DNA from: an uncultured bacterium
Lineage (GTDB): Bacteria; Krumholzibacteriota; Krumholzibacteriia; Krumholzibacteriales; Krumholzibacteriaceae
NCBI GenBank assembly: GCA_963813815.1
Contig: CAWFAD010000010.1
Location: 96,001-160,000 of the forward strand
Direction of reading: 5' to 3'
Length of the DNA stretch: 64,000 nucleotides
A program made the translations under genes and the position numbers. The notes below the pieces were generated by a model, which saw only the letters and a list, made by a program, of their open reading frames with translations, was not told the origin of the DNA and ran no database searches. Every line of letters starts with the position of its first letter. The first letter of the stretch is position 1. Of this stretch, positions 39,049 through 51,619 are shown piece by piece.

Positions 39049-40083
39049 ATGAAACACATCCTCGTCACGGGCGGAGCGGGCTTCATCGGCTCGAATTTCG
39101 CGCGCTTCCTGCTTCGCGAGCGCCGAGGCCTTCGCGTCACCGTGCTCGACAAGCTCACCTACGCGGGGAATCTCGAGAATCTCGCCGCCGCGCGGGGGCG
39201 CCGCGGATTCCGCTTCGTGCGCGGGGACATCTGCGACGCGCGGCTCCTCGACGAGCTGTTGCCGGGGGTCGACACCGTGTACAACTTCGCCGCCGAGACG
39301 CACGTCGACCGGTCGATTCTCGAGGGGGGGAGCTTCGTCCGAACGGACGTCCTCGGCACCTACGCCCTCCTGCAGGGCGCGCTGAAGCACCGCGTGCGGC
39401 GCTTCGTGCAGATCTCGACGGACGAGGTCTACGGAAGCATCGCGCGGGGGAGCTTTCGCGAAAACGATCCCCTCATGCCGAACAGCCCGTACTCGGCGAG
39501 CAAATCGGGCGGGGATCTCCTCGCGAGGTCGTTCTTCAAGACGTACGGGCTTCCCGCGATCGTCACGCGAAGCTCGAACAACTACGGTCCTTACCAGCAT
39601 CCGGAGAAATTCATCCCGCTCTTCGTCACGAACGCGATCGAGGGGAAGCCGCTTCCCCTCTACGGGCGCGGCGGAAACGTGCGGGACTGGCTGTACGTGG
39701 AGGACAACTGCCGCGCGATCGAGCTTGCGGGGCGCTCCGGCGAGCCCGGCGAGGTGTACAACATCGGCGGGGGAGAGGAGCGCTCGAACATCGAGATCGC
39801 CCGGCGCATCGTCGAGCTCGTCGGGGCCCCGCCGGAGAGCATCGTCTTCGTCTCCGACCGGCCGGGACACGACTGGCGCTACTCGCTCGATTGCCGGAAG
39901 CTCCGCGCGCTCGGGTTCCGCGCCCGGGTCGGCTTCGACGAGGGACTCGCCCGCACGGTGCGCTGGTACCGGCGCAACGAGGCGTGGTGGCGCCCGGTCA
40001 AGGAGGGGCGGTTCAAGTGGTATTACGGGAAACTCTACGGCGACCGGCTGCGCCGCGCGGGCGGAGCGAAGGAGCATCGATGA
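39049..40083 (+). CDS. rfbB: dTDP-glucose 4,6-dehydratase
   Basis: VTGGAGFIGSNF, DKLTYAGN, FAAETHVDRSI, STDEVYG, NSPYSASK, DRPGHD. Confidence 0.95.
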   Translation: MKHILVTGGAGFIGSNFARFLLRERRGLRVTVLDKLTYAGNLENLAAARGRRGFRFVRGDICDARLLDELLPGVDTVYNFAAETHVDRSILEGGSFVRTDVLGTYALLQGALKHRVRRFVQISTDEVYGSIARGSFRENDPLMPNSPYSASKSGGDLLARSFFKTYGLPAIVTRSSNNYGPYQHPEKFIPLFVTNAIEGKPLPLYGRGGNVRDWLYVEDNCRAIELAGRSGEPGEVYNIGGGEERSNIEIARRIVELVGAPPESIVFVSDRPGHDWRYSLDCRKLRALGFRARVGFDEGLARTVRWYRRNEAWWRPVKEGRFKWYYGKLYGDRLRRAGGAKEHR

Positions 40084-41171
40084 AAACCGCGGTCATCGTC
40101 GGCGCGAGGCCGAATTTCATGAAGGCCGCGCCGCTCATCCGCGAGTTCGCGGCGCGCGGCCGGTTCGACACGCTGCTCGTGCACACCGGACAGCACTATG
40201 ACGAGAACATGTCGCGCGTGTTCTTCGAGGATCTCGAGCTTCCCGAACCCGATATCTACCTCGGCGTCGGCTCCGGCTCGCACGCCGAGCAGACGGCGAA
40301 GGTCATGACCGCATTCGAACGGGTCGTGGAGCGCGAGCGGCCCGATCTCGTCACCGTCGTCGGCGACGTGAATTCGACGCTCGCCTGCTCGCTCGTGGCG
40401 GCCAAGATGCTCGTCCCCGTCGCGCACGTCGAAGCGGGGCTCAGGAGCTTCGACCGCAGGATGCCGGAAGAGACGAACCGCATGGTGACGGACGTGCTCT
40501 CGCGCTTCTGCTTCACGACCTCTCCCGAGGCCGAGACGAACCTCCTGCGCGAGGGCGTGACCCCGGATCGAATCTTCTTCGTCGGCAACATCATGATCGA
40601 TTCGCTCCTCTTCTACGTCGAGAAGGCGGAAACGTCGCGCGTTCTCGGCGACCTCGGCCTCGCCCCCGGGGGATACGTGCTCGTCACCCTCCATCGCCCC
40701 TCGAACGTCGACGACGCGGGGATTCTGCGCGGCATCATGGAGGCCCTCGGGGAGATCGCCCGCGCCGCGCCGGTCGTTTTTCCCGTGCACCCGCGGACGC
40801 GCAAGATGATCGAGGCGGCGGGGAGCTCGATCCGGGTGGCCGAAGGCATCAGGCTCGTCGAGCCGCTCGGCTACCTCGATTTCGTCAAGGCCGAGCGCCA
40901 CGCGCGCATGGTCATCACGGACTCGGGAGGCATCCAGGAGGAGACGACGGTTCTCGGCATTCCATGCCTCACGGTCCGGGAGAACACCGAACGTCCGATC
41001 ACGATCGAGCTCGGCACCAACGTCCTCGTCGGGACCGATCCCGCCCGCATCCGGGAGGAGGCGGCGGGCATCCTCGCCGGCGAGCCCCGGGCGCACCGCG
41101 TGCCGCCCCTCTGGGACGGACGGACCGCGGGCCGCATCGCGGACGTCCTCGAGCGGTATTTCCCCGCGTGA
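40080..41171 (+). CDS. wecB: UDP-N-acetylglucosamine 2-epimerase (non-hydrolysing)
   Basis: VGARPNFMK, HTGQHYD, VGDVNST, HVEAGLRS, MPEE.NR, TDSGGIQEE. Confidence 0.94.
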   Translation: MKTAVIVGARPNFMKAAPLIREFAARGRFDTLLVHTGQHYDENMSRVFFEDLELPEPDIYLGVGSGSHAEQTAKVMTAFERVVERERPDLVTVVGDVNSTLACSLVAAKMLVPVAHVEAGLRSFDRRMPEETNRMVTDVLSRFCFTTSPEAETNLLREGVTPDRIFFVGNIMIDSLLFYVEKAETSRVLGDLGLAPGGYVLVTLHRPSNVDDAGILRGIMEALGEIARAAPVVFPVHPRTRKMIEAAGSSIRVAEGIRLVEPLGYLDFVKAERHARMVITDSGGIQEETTVLGIPCLTVRENTERPITIELGTNVLVGTDPARIREEAAGILAGEPRAHRVPPLWDGRTAGRIADVLERYFPA

Positions 41172-41286
41172 GGCGGGAGGGGAGGGCGGTGGAGGGGGAA
41201 CGGCGCCGCGATTCGCAAAGCTTTTCTTGACATCATTCTGCGGATTGTCAATCCTTGAAACGGGCGGTGATCAAGGAGCGGCGCAC

Positions 41287-42393
41287 GTGTCGAACATGGG
41301 GTTTTTTCTCGCATTCGCGCTTTCCGCGGGTTTGGCTCTCCTCTTTACGCCGATCGTGCGGGCTGTCGCGTCGCGATTCAACATTCTCGACAAGCCGAAC
41401 GGGCGAACGAGCCGCGACATAGCGCACATCGGCGGGGCGGCGATCATCGGGGCGATTCTCTTCTCGCTCCTTCCGGTGTTTCTTTTCGCCGTCGACGGCG
41501 GCGCGCTCGAGCGTTCTCTCGTGCCGGTGCTCATCGCGAGCGGCTTCCTCGTGTTTCTGCTCGGCATCATCGACGACCTGCAGAGTCTTCACTATCTCTA
41601 CAAGCTCGTTCTCCAGATATCGGTCTCCGTGTTCGTTTCGTCCGTGGGGCTCGCGCTGCTCGGCCACTTCCGCGTCATGATCGTGCCGCTCTACCTGCTG
41701 TTGCCGCTGTTCGCCGGCGCGGCGATGTGGATGCTCGTCGTGACGACGTCGTTCAACCTCGTCGACGGCCTCGACGGCCTCGCCGCCGGTATCGCCTGCA
41801 TCGCGGGCGTGTCGTTCGCCGCGGCGGGCATGGCCCTCCATCAGCCGATCGCGGTCGTGCTTGCGCTGGTCGTCTGCGGATCGGCGCTCGGATTCCTCCG
41901 GTACAACTTTCCGCCGGCGACGATCTTCATGGGGGATTCGGGAAGCCTCTTTCTCGGGCTTCTCTTCGGGCTCATTTCGCTCCTCCTGCTCATTCCCGGC
42001 ACGAACCTCTTTTTCCGCGCCGCGGGGAACGTCGTCATCCTCGGCGTTCCGATCCTCGACACCGCGCTCGCCTTCTCCCGGCGTCTCGCGACGCGGCGCC
42101 CCGTATTCGAGGCCGACCATCGGCACCTGCATCACATGCTCCTCTACCGCTTCTGCTCCGTTCGAAAGGTCGACGCGATCCTCTGGTCGCTCGCTGCCGC
42201 GTTCGGGGCGCTCGGTTTCTTCGTCATACAGGGAAGCGTGGCGGCTCTCTGCGCGGCCTTCGCGCTCATGGTCGGCGTGTACGTAGCGGCGCTCCGCAGG
42301 ATGGTTCGCGTCTCGATCGACGAGGGGGCGGACGAGAGGATTCTCCGCGCCTGCGGCATCGCCGCGTCGGACCCGGCGTCGCCCCGGCGCTGA
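41287..42393 (+). CDS. MraY/WecA-family polyprenyl-phosphate glycosyl-1-phosphate transferase
   Basis: GIIDDL, FNLVDGLDGLA, NFPPATIFMGDSGS, DHRHLHH; polytopic; AAGGAG RBS. Confidence 0.9.
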   Translation: MSNMGFFLAFALSAGLALLFTPIVRAVASRFNILDKPNGRTSRDIAHIGGAAIIGAILFSLLPVFLFAVDGGALERSLVPVLIASGFLVFLLGIIDDLQSLHYLYKLVLQISVSVFVSSVGLALLGHFRVMIVPLYLLLPLFAGAAMWMLVVTTSFNLVDGLDGLAAGIACIAGVSFAAAGMALHQPIAVVLALVVCGSALGFLRYNFPPATIFMGDSGSLFLGLLFGLISLLLLIPGTNLFFRAAGNVVILGVPILDTALAFSRRLATRRPVFEADHRHLHHMLLYRFCSVRKVDAILWSLAAAFGALGFFVIQGSVAALCAAFALMVGVYVAALRRMVRVSIDEGADERILRACGIAASDPASPRR

Positions 42394-42488
42394 AGCCCCG
42401 CGCGCCGCGATTCGCAATTGCCTTTTTTCCCGCCCTGTGCTAGCGTTTCCGCGAACGAAACACCTGACGCCATCGTCAAGGAGTCGAC

Positions 42489-43400
42489 GTGTCCCGTGCG
42501 AAACAAATTGTCGTCGGCTGCCGGAGCGACGCGCTCGCGGCGCTCCACTGCGAGCGCGCCTGCGCGGCCCTGCGCGAGGCGCATCCGCACGCCGAGTTCG
42601 TCGCCGCGCGCGGGAACGGGGGGCGGCTCGACCCGCGCCGCGCCGCGGCCGCCATTCTGCAGCGGCTCGTGAAGGGCGAGATCGACATCGGCGTCCTCGA
42701 CGGGCGGTGGATGCCGCTCCAGCTTCCCGCGCCGGTCGAGATCGCCGCCGTGCTCGAGCGGACGAATCCGTTCGACGTGCTCATCTCGAGCGAGGATCTC
42801 ATCCTCGACGAGCAGCCCGACAACGTCTCCATCGCGGTCATCGACTCCGTCACGCGCGGGCAGCTTCTCTACTATCGCCCGGATCTCAAGATCGTCGAGA
42901 AGCCCGACGGCTTCGATCGTCTCTTCGAAGCCCTGCGCCGCGGAACCGTCGCGGCGTTCGTCTATCCGGCGGCGGACGTCGAGGCGCTCAACCAGCAGGA
43001 GAACGTCGTGGAGGTGTTCACGACCTCGATCTGCACGCCGCCCGGGGGGCAGGGCGCGCAGGTGCTTCTCGCCCGGCGCGAGCGGCGGGACGTCGGCGCC
43101 CTCGTCCGCGATCTCAACGATCCGTCGGCCGAGGCCGAGATCGAGCTCGAGCGGTTGCTGCTCGAGCATCTCGCCCGCAACGGGCGCGGGCCGGTCGGCG
43201 TGCTCGGCAACGTCGAGGGAACGGTGTTCGAGCTCGAGGCGGCGATCACGGCGACCGACGGAACCGAGAAGATATCGGCGACGGTGGGCGGCTCCCTCGT
43301 CGAGCGGGCGAAAATCGTCATGAGGCTCGCCGCCGAACTGCTCGCCTCGGGCGGCGAGGAGATTCTCGCCCCGTACCGGCGCGCGCGGAGCAGCGAGTAG
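42489..43400 (+). CDS. HemC (porphobilinogen deaminase)-like protein lacking active-site residues
   Basis: Colinear with HemC (ERTNPFDVLIS, RPDLKI, PPGGQGA, ERLLLEHL), but HSxKD, TSSxRR, RGN and GGC motifs are replaced. Confidence 0.75.
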   Translation: MSRAKQIVVGCRSDALAALHCERACAALREAHPHAEFVAARGNGGRLDPRRAAAAILQRLVKGEIDIGVLDGRWMPLQLPAPVEIAAVLERTNPFDVLISSEDLILDEQPDNVSIAVIDSVTRGQLLYYRPDLKIVEKPDGFDRLFEALRRGTVAAFVYPAADVEALNQQENVVEVFTTSICTPPGGQGAQVLLARRERRDVGALVRDLNDPSAEAEIELERLLLEHLARNGRGPVGVLGNVEGTVFELEAAITATDGTEKISATVGGSLVERAKIVMRLAAELLASGGEEILAPYRRARSSE

Positions 43401-43405
43401 GAAAC

Positions 43406-45923
<2,518 letters not shown>

Positions 45924-45937
45924 GGGCGGTGGAGCGA

Positions 45938-47491
45938 ATGACGAAAGGCAAGAAGATACTGTGGGTCGACGACGAGATCGATCTGCTCGCCTCCCACATC
46001 ATGTTCCTCGGCGAGAAGGGGTACGCGGTCCGTCCGGCGGCGAGCGGCGACGAGGGGATCGCCGCGCTCCGCGCGGAATCGTTCGATCTCATTCTGCTCG
46101 ACGAGACGATGCCGGGACGCAGCGGTCTCGAGACGCTCCAGGAGATCAAGGAAATCGACCCGAATATTCCGGTGATCATGATCACGAAGAACGAAGCCGA
46201 GGATCTCGTCGTGCAGGCGATCGGCATGAAGATCGACGATTACCTTCTCAAGCCCGTGAACCCGCTCCAGATCTATTCGGCGGCCAAGCGGATCCTCGAG
46301 GCCCACCGTATCCAGGAGACGGCGCTCAGCCGGGACTATCTCCAGGCCTACCAGCGGGTGGACGAGGCGCTCCGCGCGGGTCCCGGCTGGCAGGAATGGG
46401 TACGCATTCACCAGGAGCTCTCGGCCTGGGACGTCGAGTACGACCGATTCAGCGACACGGGGCTCGAACAGACGCATCAGGATCTCAAGAAGAAGGCGAA
46501 CGCGGACTTCTGCCGCTACATCGAGCGCGTCTACCACGACTGGATTTGGAGCGACGAGCGTCCGGCGATGAGCGTCGACGTGCTCGATCGATTCGTGTTT
46601 CCCCAGCTGCGGGAGCGGCGGCGCGTGTATTTCTTCGTCATCGACTGCATGCGGTTCGACCAGTGGCTCAAGATAGAGGACCTCCTCGCTCCGTTCTACA
46701 CGATCGATCGCGGCTGCTATTTCGCGATCCTGCCGACCGCCACGCCCTACGCGCGGAACGCCCTCTTTGCCGGGGCCTTTCCGGCCGATATAGAGAAGCG
46801 CACGCCCGATTACTGGCTCGAGCGCTCGCGCGACGAGTTCAGTAAAAACCGGTTCGAGCAGAATCTCCTGCAGGACAACCTCGCGCGCGCCGGTCTCGGA
46901 AACGTCGCGTTCAAGTACATCAAAATCTACGAGATCGACGAGGCGAACGAGATCCGCAAGCAAGTCGACGGCTACCGGACGCTCGATCTCGTCGCCATGG
47001 TGTTCAACTTCCTCGACATACTCGCGCACGGACGGAGCCAGAGCGAGATTCTGCAGGAGATCGCGCCCAACGAGAGCGCCTTCCGCTCGCTCATGCGCTC
47101 GTGGTTCGTGCACTCGGCGCTCTTCGACATCCTGCAGCGGATCGCGAAGCACGGCGCCACAGTCGTCATCACGACCGATCACGGATCGGTGCTCGGGGCG
47201 AGGGCGAGCCTTGTGCACGGCAACCGCGACACATCGACGAACCTGCGGTACAAGTTCGGCGAGAACATCAACGGCGATCCCCGGCAGACGCTCCTCATCC
47301 GCAAGCCCCTCGACTATCGGCTCCCCGCGGAAAGCCCCTCGAAGAACTACATCCTCGCCAAGGAAAACTACTACTTCGTCTATCCGACCAAGTATCACGA
47401 GTACGAGCGGCAGTATCTCGGCACGTTTCAGCACGGCGGCATCTCGCTCGAGGAGATGATCGTTCCGTGCATCACCCTGACTCCGAGGTGA
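45938..47491 (+). CDS. Response regulator with PglZ/alkaline-phosphatase-like domain (PorX-like)
   Basis: ILWVDDEIDLL, LLDETMPG; FVIDCMRFDQW, ILPTATPYARNALFAG, ITTDHG, STNLRYK, FQHGGISLEEM. Confidence 0.88.
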   Translation: MTKGKKILWVDDEIDLLASHIMFLGEKGYAVRPAASGDEGIAALRAESFDLILLDETMPGRSGLETLQEIKEIDPNIPVIMITKNEAEDLVVQAIGMKIDDYLLKPVNPLQIYSAAKRILEAHRIQETALSRDYLQAYQRVDEALRAGPGWQEWVRIHQELSAWDVEYDRFSDTGLEQTHQDLKKKANADFCRYIERVYHDWIWSDERPAMSVDVLDRFVFPQLRERRRVYFFVIDCMRFDQWLKIEDLLAPFYTIDRGCYFAILPTATPYARNALFAGAFPADIEKRTPDYWLERSRDEFSKNRFEQNLLQDNLARAGLGNVAFKYIKIYEIDEANEIRKQVDGYRTLDLVAMVFNFLDILAHGRSQSEILQEIAPNESAFRSLMRSWFVHSALFDILQRIAKHGATVVITTDHGSVLGARASLVHGNRDTSTNLRYKFGENINGDPRQTLLIRKPLDYRLPAESPSKNYILAKENYYFVYPTKYHEYERQYLGTFQHGGISLEEMIVPCITLTPR

Positions 47492-47494
47492 GGT

Positions 47495-48025
47495 ATGGCG
47501 CGGCGCTCCGTTCCCCGCTGGGATCCCGCGATCCCCGGCGCGCGTCGCCTCGACCGCCTCGGAGGAGAGCGCGCCCGGATCCGGCTCGAGAGCGGCTCGC
47601 CGGACCGCACGCTGGCCCTGGGACGCGCCATCGGATCGATTCTGCCCCCGGGGACGGCGCTGTCGCTCGAGGGCGGGCTCGGCGCCGGCAAGACGCTGTT
47701 CGCGAAGGGCCTCTGCGGCGGACTCGGCGTGAGCGATGAAGTGACGAGCCCGAGCTTCATCCTCGCCGAGGAGTACCGCGGGGTGTTCCCCGTCTTTCAC
47801 TTCGACCTCTATCGGCTCGAGCGGGTCGACGACGCGGCGGGGATCGGGTTCTTCGACGCCATCGACGGCCGCGCCGTCGTCATCGTCGAGTGGGGCGATC
47901 GCCTGCCCCCGGGCGCCGTCGAGTTCGACGTCGTTGCGAGATTCCGCGTCACCGGGCCGGAGAGCCGCGAGATCGAGATCGCCGGACCGAAGGAGTTGTG
48001 TGACGAGCTCGAACGGAATTCCTGA
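47495..48025 (+). CDS. tsaE: tRNA t6A biosynthesis ATPase
   Basis: LEGGLGAGKT, VTSPSF, HFDLYRL, IVEWGD. Confidence 0.93.
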   Translation: MARRSVPRWDPAIPGARRLDRLGGERARIRLESGSPDRTLALGRAIGSILPPGTALSLEGGLGAGKTLFAKGLCGGLGVSDEVTSPSFILAEEYRGVFPVFHFDLYRLERVDDAAGIGFFDAIDGRAVVIVEWGDRLPPGAVEFDVVARFRVTGPESREIEIAGPKELCDELERNS

Positions 48026-48800
48026 CGCGCCTCTCCCCGGAGGCGAGTGCGTCCCGGCGGCTCCGGCCGCGGGCGGGCCCCTCGTGCTCGCCCTCGACGC
48101 TTCGCATCATCGGGGAAGCGTCGCCGTGTGCCGGGGCGCGGAGACGCTCGCGGAGATTCTCTTCGACGCGGGGGACACGCACTCGGCGACGCTCATGCCG
48201 GCGGTGGCCTCATGCCTCTCCTCCGCCAAGACGACGCTCGATTCCATCGATCTGCTCGCCGTTGTTTCGGGGCCGGGCAGCTTCACGGGGCTGCGGATCG
48301 CGCTCGCGACGGTCAAGGCCTTCGCGGCCGCGAGCGGCGCCGACGTGGTTCCCGTATCGAGCCTCGATGTGCTCGCCGCGGCGATGCCCTGCGCCTCCCG
48401 TCCCGTGCTTCCCCTCATTGACGCGCGTCGCGGAGAGGTTTACGGCGCGCTGTACGACACGCGTTCGTTCTTCCCCCGAGAGATCGTTCCCTGCTTCGCG
48501 GCGCGCCCCGAAGCGCTCGCCGGCGTGCTCGGCGGCTCCGCCGCCGGCCCCCTCATCCTCTGCGGCACCGGCGCTCACCGGTACCGCGCGGAGATCGCCC
48601 CGCTCCTGCCCGACGGGAGCGTTTTCGCTCCCGAGCGGTGGTCGATCCCTTCGGCCTCCCTCTGCGCGTTCCTCGCGCTCGGGCGGCCTCCGCTCCCGGT
48701 GGGAGAGATCGCCGCGCTCGAGCCGCTGTACCTGCGCCCGCCGGACGCCCGGCTCCCCGCCGGCGCCCGCCTCGCCCCGGGCGGGGGAGAGGGCGCATGA
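48000..48800 (+). CDS. tsaB: tRNA t6A biosynthesis protein TsaB
   Basis: LALDAS, HSATLMP, GPGSFTGLRI, IDARRGEVY, LEPLYLR; start codon uncertain. Confidence 0.92.
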   Translation: MTSSNGIPDAPLPGGECVPAAPAAGGPLVLALDASHHRGSVAVCRGAETLAEILFDAGDTHSATLMPAVASCLSSAKTTLDSIDLLAVVSGPGSFTGLRIALATVKAFAAASGADVVPVSSLDVLAAAMPCASRPVLPLIDARRGEVYGALYDTRSFFPREIVPCFAARPEALAGVLGGSAAGPLILCGTGAHRYRAEIAPLLPDGSVFAPERWSIPSASLCAFLALGRPPLPVGEIAALEPLYLRPPDARLPAGARLAPGGGEGA

Positions 48801-49249
48801 CCGCGCGTGCGATACGCGATCTCGAGACGGATGACATCCCGCGGATACTGGCGATCGAGCGGGTGAGCTTCATCACGCCGTGGACCGAGCAGATGTTCCG
48901 GTCGCAGCTCCGGTTCAGGGATCGCGCCATCACCCTCGTGCTCGTCGAGGATGGCGCGATCACCGGATACGTGGCCACCTGGATCGCCGCGGACGAGATG
49001 CATCTCATGAGCATCGCGGTGAGCCCCGAGGCGCGCCGCGGCGGGCGCGCTTCGACCCTGCTGGCCGAGGTTCTCGCCCGGGGGACGGAGCGCGGCTGCG
49101 AGCGCACGCTGCTCGAGGTGCGCGAGGGAAACGAGGGCGCGCGCCGTCTCTACCGCCTGCACGGATTCAGGGAGATCGGCAGACGCCGCGGCTACTACGA
49201 GGATACGGGAGAAGATGCCATCATCATGGAATGCCGCCGGGGGGAGTGA
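48797..49249 (+). CDS. rimI: Ribosomal-protein-alanine N-acetyltransferase
   Basis: IERVSF.TPW, DEMHLMSIAV, LEVREGN..A..LY..HGF...GRRRGYY...EDAIIM. Confidence 0.92.
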   Translation: MTARAIRDLETDDIPRILAIERVSFITPWTEQMFRSQLRFRDRAITLVLVEDGAITGYVATWIAADEMHLMSIAVSPEARRGGRASTLLAEVLARGTERGCERTLLEVREGNEGARRLYRLHGFREIGRRRGYYEDTGEDAIIMECRRGE

Positions 49250-50033
49250 TCCTCTCGCCCCCTTCGCGGGCGCCGCGGATGTCGCGATCGTGCTCGGGAG
49301 CGGTCTCGCCGGGTTCTGCGACGCGGCGCGCATCGAGCGCCGCGTTTCCTACGCCGCGATTCCGTCGCTGTTCCGGTCGGAGGTTCCGGGGCACCCCGGC
49401 TTCCTCGCGCTGGCCGATTTCGGCGGCAGATCCGCGCTCGTCTTCGCCGGCCGCAGCCACGTGTACGAGGGGCCTCCCGTCGAGCGGGCCACGGCGGCCG
49501 TCTCGCTCGCCGCCGACCTCGGCTGCAGGGAGCTTCTGCTCACGAACGCCGCCGGGAGCTTCAGCCCGGAGATCGAGCCGGGATCGTGGCTGCTGCCGGA
49601 GGACGTGCTGCCCTTCCCGGCGAGGGCCGCCTCCGCGCTCGGCGGCGCGTCGGCGGCCGAACGCGCGTTCGCCGCTCCGCTCGTTTCGCCGCGGCTGCGG
49701 CGGGCCATCCGACGGGCGGCGGAAGGGGCGGGAACGGCGGTCGCGGACGGCGTGCTGGCGTGGATGATCGGGCCCTGCTACGAAACGGCGGCAGAAGCTC
49801 GGGCCGCGCGGGCGGCCGGCGCGGACGCGGCGACCATGTCGATCTACCCGGAGCTCGTCGCGGCGCGGACGCGCGGTTTGGAGGCCGCCGTTCTATCCTG
49901 GATCACGAATTTCACGGCCAACGTCTCGCGCGAAACCGTCGATCACCGCGAGGTGATGCGGCGCGGCGGCGAAGGAGCCGCCCGGCTCGCCGCGATCGTC
50001 GCGCGGTATCTCGGCTCCCCCCGCGGCGCTTAG
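49215..50033 (+). CDS. Purine-nucleoside phosphorylase (trimeric type)
   Basis: IVLGSGL, SEVPGHPG, GRSHVYEG, LTNAAG, GPCYETAAE, GADAATMS..PE, ITN. Confidence 0.85.
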   Translation: MPSSWNAAGGSDPLAPFAGAADVAIVLGSGLAGFCDAARIERRVSYAAIPSLFRSEVPGHPGFLALADFGGRSALVFAGRSHVYEGPPVERATAAVSLAADLGCRELLLTNAAGSFSPEIEPGSWLLPEDVLPFPARAASALGGASAAERAFAAPLVSPRLRRAIRRAAEGAGTAVADGVLAWMIGPCYETAAEARAARAAGADAATMSIYPELVAARTRGLEAAVLSWITNFTANVSRETVDHREVMRRGGEGAARLAAIVARYLGSPRGA

Positions 50034-50213
50034 AAAAAACCCTTTTTGACCCGTCGCAAAGCTGATACATTCGCGCCGGAAAGCGCACGGGCCGGCCCTG
50101 CGGACGCGCGATCGGCCCGTCCGCGGAGCGGGCCGGCCGGGGGCGCGTGCCCGTTTTTTCGACGGTCGCGCCGCGCGCGGCTCGCGCGGGGCGGGACGGA
50201 GAGCGGACTGCGG

Positions 50214-51605
50214 ATGCCATCACGGTTGCGGAAACGGCGCCGCCGGAGCACGACGGCGTATCCACATCTGGCGCGGGTCGCCTCCCTCCCTCAGTCGCGC
50301 ATGCGTCTCGGTCTCGATCGGATCGCCGGCGTGCTCGATCGACTCGGCCAACCGCAGCGGGCCTATCCGTCCCTGCTCGTCGCGGGCACGAACGGGAAGG
50401 GCTCCGTGACGACGTACTGCGCGGCGGCGCTTCGCGCGGCGGGCCTCAGGGTCGGGGTGTACTACTCGCCGCATATCTTTCGCGTTCACGAGCGCATCAG
50501 GTGCGACGGCTCGGAGATCTCCTCTCGAGAGCTCGACGCGGCCGCGGCGCGAGTGAAGGCCGCGGGCGGAGCGCGGCTGACCTACTTCGAATCTCTCACC
50601 GCCGCGGCGATGCTCATATTTCGGGAGCGAGAGGTGGACGTCGCCGTGTTCGAGGTGGGTCTCGGGGGACGTCTCGACGCGACGAATCTCGTCGAGGCCG
50701 CCGTGACGGTCGTCACGGGGATCTCTCTCGATCACCGTGAGCGGCTCGGGGCGACGAAGCGCCTCATACTCGCCGAAAAGCTCGGCATCCTGCGCCGCGG
50801 CGTGCCGCTCGTGGCGAGGCTCGAGGGCGCCGCTCTCGAGCGGCAGGCGAGGGAGGCGGCTTCCGCCGCGGGGTCGCCCTGCCACATGGTGCGCGACGGG
50901 ACGCGCTGCGACGTGCTTCGAGCCGGTCCGGAGGGTATGACCGTGCGGCTCGAGACCCGCCGCCGGGCGTACGGCGAGCTCAATTCCCGGATGATCGGCG
51001 CCGCGCAGGCCGGCAACATCGCCACCGCCGCTCGGGCCATAGAGACGCTCGACGCCGCTCTCGCGGCGCGGCGTGCGGCGCTGCGGAGGGACCGGCGGCG
51101 GCCGCGATCGGGGCTCGACCGGCTGGCGGCGCGATGCGCGGGCCGGCTCGGCGCGCGGGCCGTGCGGGAGGGAGTCGCCGCGGCGTTTCTCCCCGGCAGG
51201 TTCCAGATCGTCTCGCGCGAGCCGCTCGTCGTCGTCGACGTTTCGCACAACGAGGAGTCGTTCGTCGCCTCGCTCGATACCCTGCGGATGCTCGATCCGC
51301 CCGGGCGCTCGGCCGTCGTGTTCGGCATGATGGCCCACAAGGAGCTCGGGGACTTTCCGGCGCGGGCGGTCCGCGCGGTCGACGCGATCGTCGTGACCGC
51401 CCTCGCGGACCGGCGCTCGGCCCGGGCGGAGACGCTCGCGGCGGCTTTCCGGCGGGCTTCCGGGCGGAATCGCCGCGCGGCGATCATCCGGGCGCGGGGT
51501 ATGGCCGAGGCCCTGAAGACGGCGAGACGCGCGGCGGGCGAACGCGGCGTCGTTCTCGTCATGGGATCGCACGTGGCGGTCGAAGAGGCCGCCCCGCATA
51601 TATAA
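50214..51605 (+). CDS. folC: Folylpolyglutamate synthase/dihydrofolate synthase
   Basis: LGLDRI, VAGTNGKGSV, YSPHI..VHERI, TYFE, FEVGLGGRLDATN, PGRFQ, DVSHN; start codon uncertain. Confidence 0.9.
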   Translation: MPSRLRKRRRRSTTAYPHLARVASLPQSRMRLGLDRIAGVLDRLGQPQRAYPSLLVAGTNGKGSVTTYCAAALRAAGLRVGVYYSPHIFRVHERIRCDGSEISSRELDAAAARVKAAGGARLTYFESLTAAAMLIFREREVDVAVFEVGLGGRLDATNLVEAAVTVVTGISLDHRERLGATKRLILAEKLGILRRGVPLVARLEGAALERQAREAASAAGSPCHMVRDGTRCDVLRAGPEGMTVRLETRRRAYGELNSRMIGAAQAGNIATAARAIETLDAALAARRAALRRDRRRPRSGLDRLAARCAGRLGARAVREGVAAAFLPGRFQIVSREPLVVVDVSHNEESFVASLDTLRMLDPPGRSAVVFGMMAHKELGDFPARAVRAVDAIVVTALADRRSARAETLAAAFRRASGRNRRAAIIRARGMAEALKTARRAAGERGVVLVMGSHVAVEEAAPHI

Positions 51606-51619
51606 GGAAGGAGCGCGGC

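Noticed and set aside
45938..47491. BREX defence system (PglZ domain)
   Set aside because: PglZ is fused to a receiver domain in PorX architecture, and no brx/pgl genes are nearby
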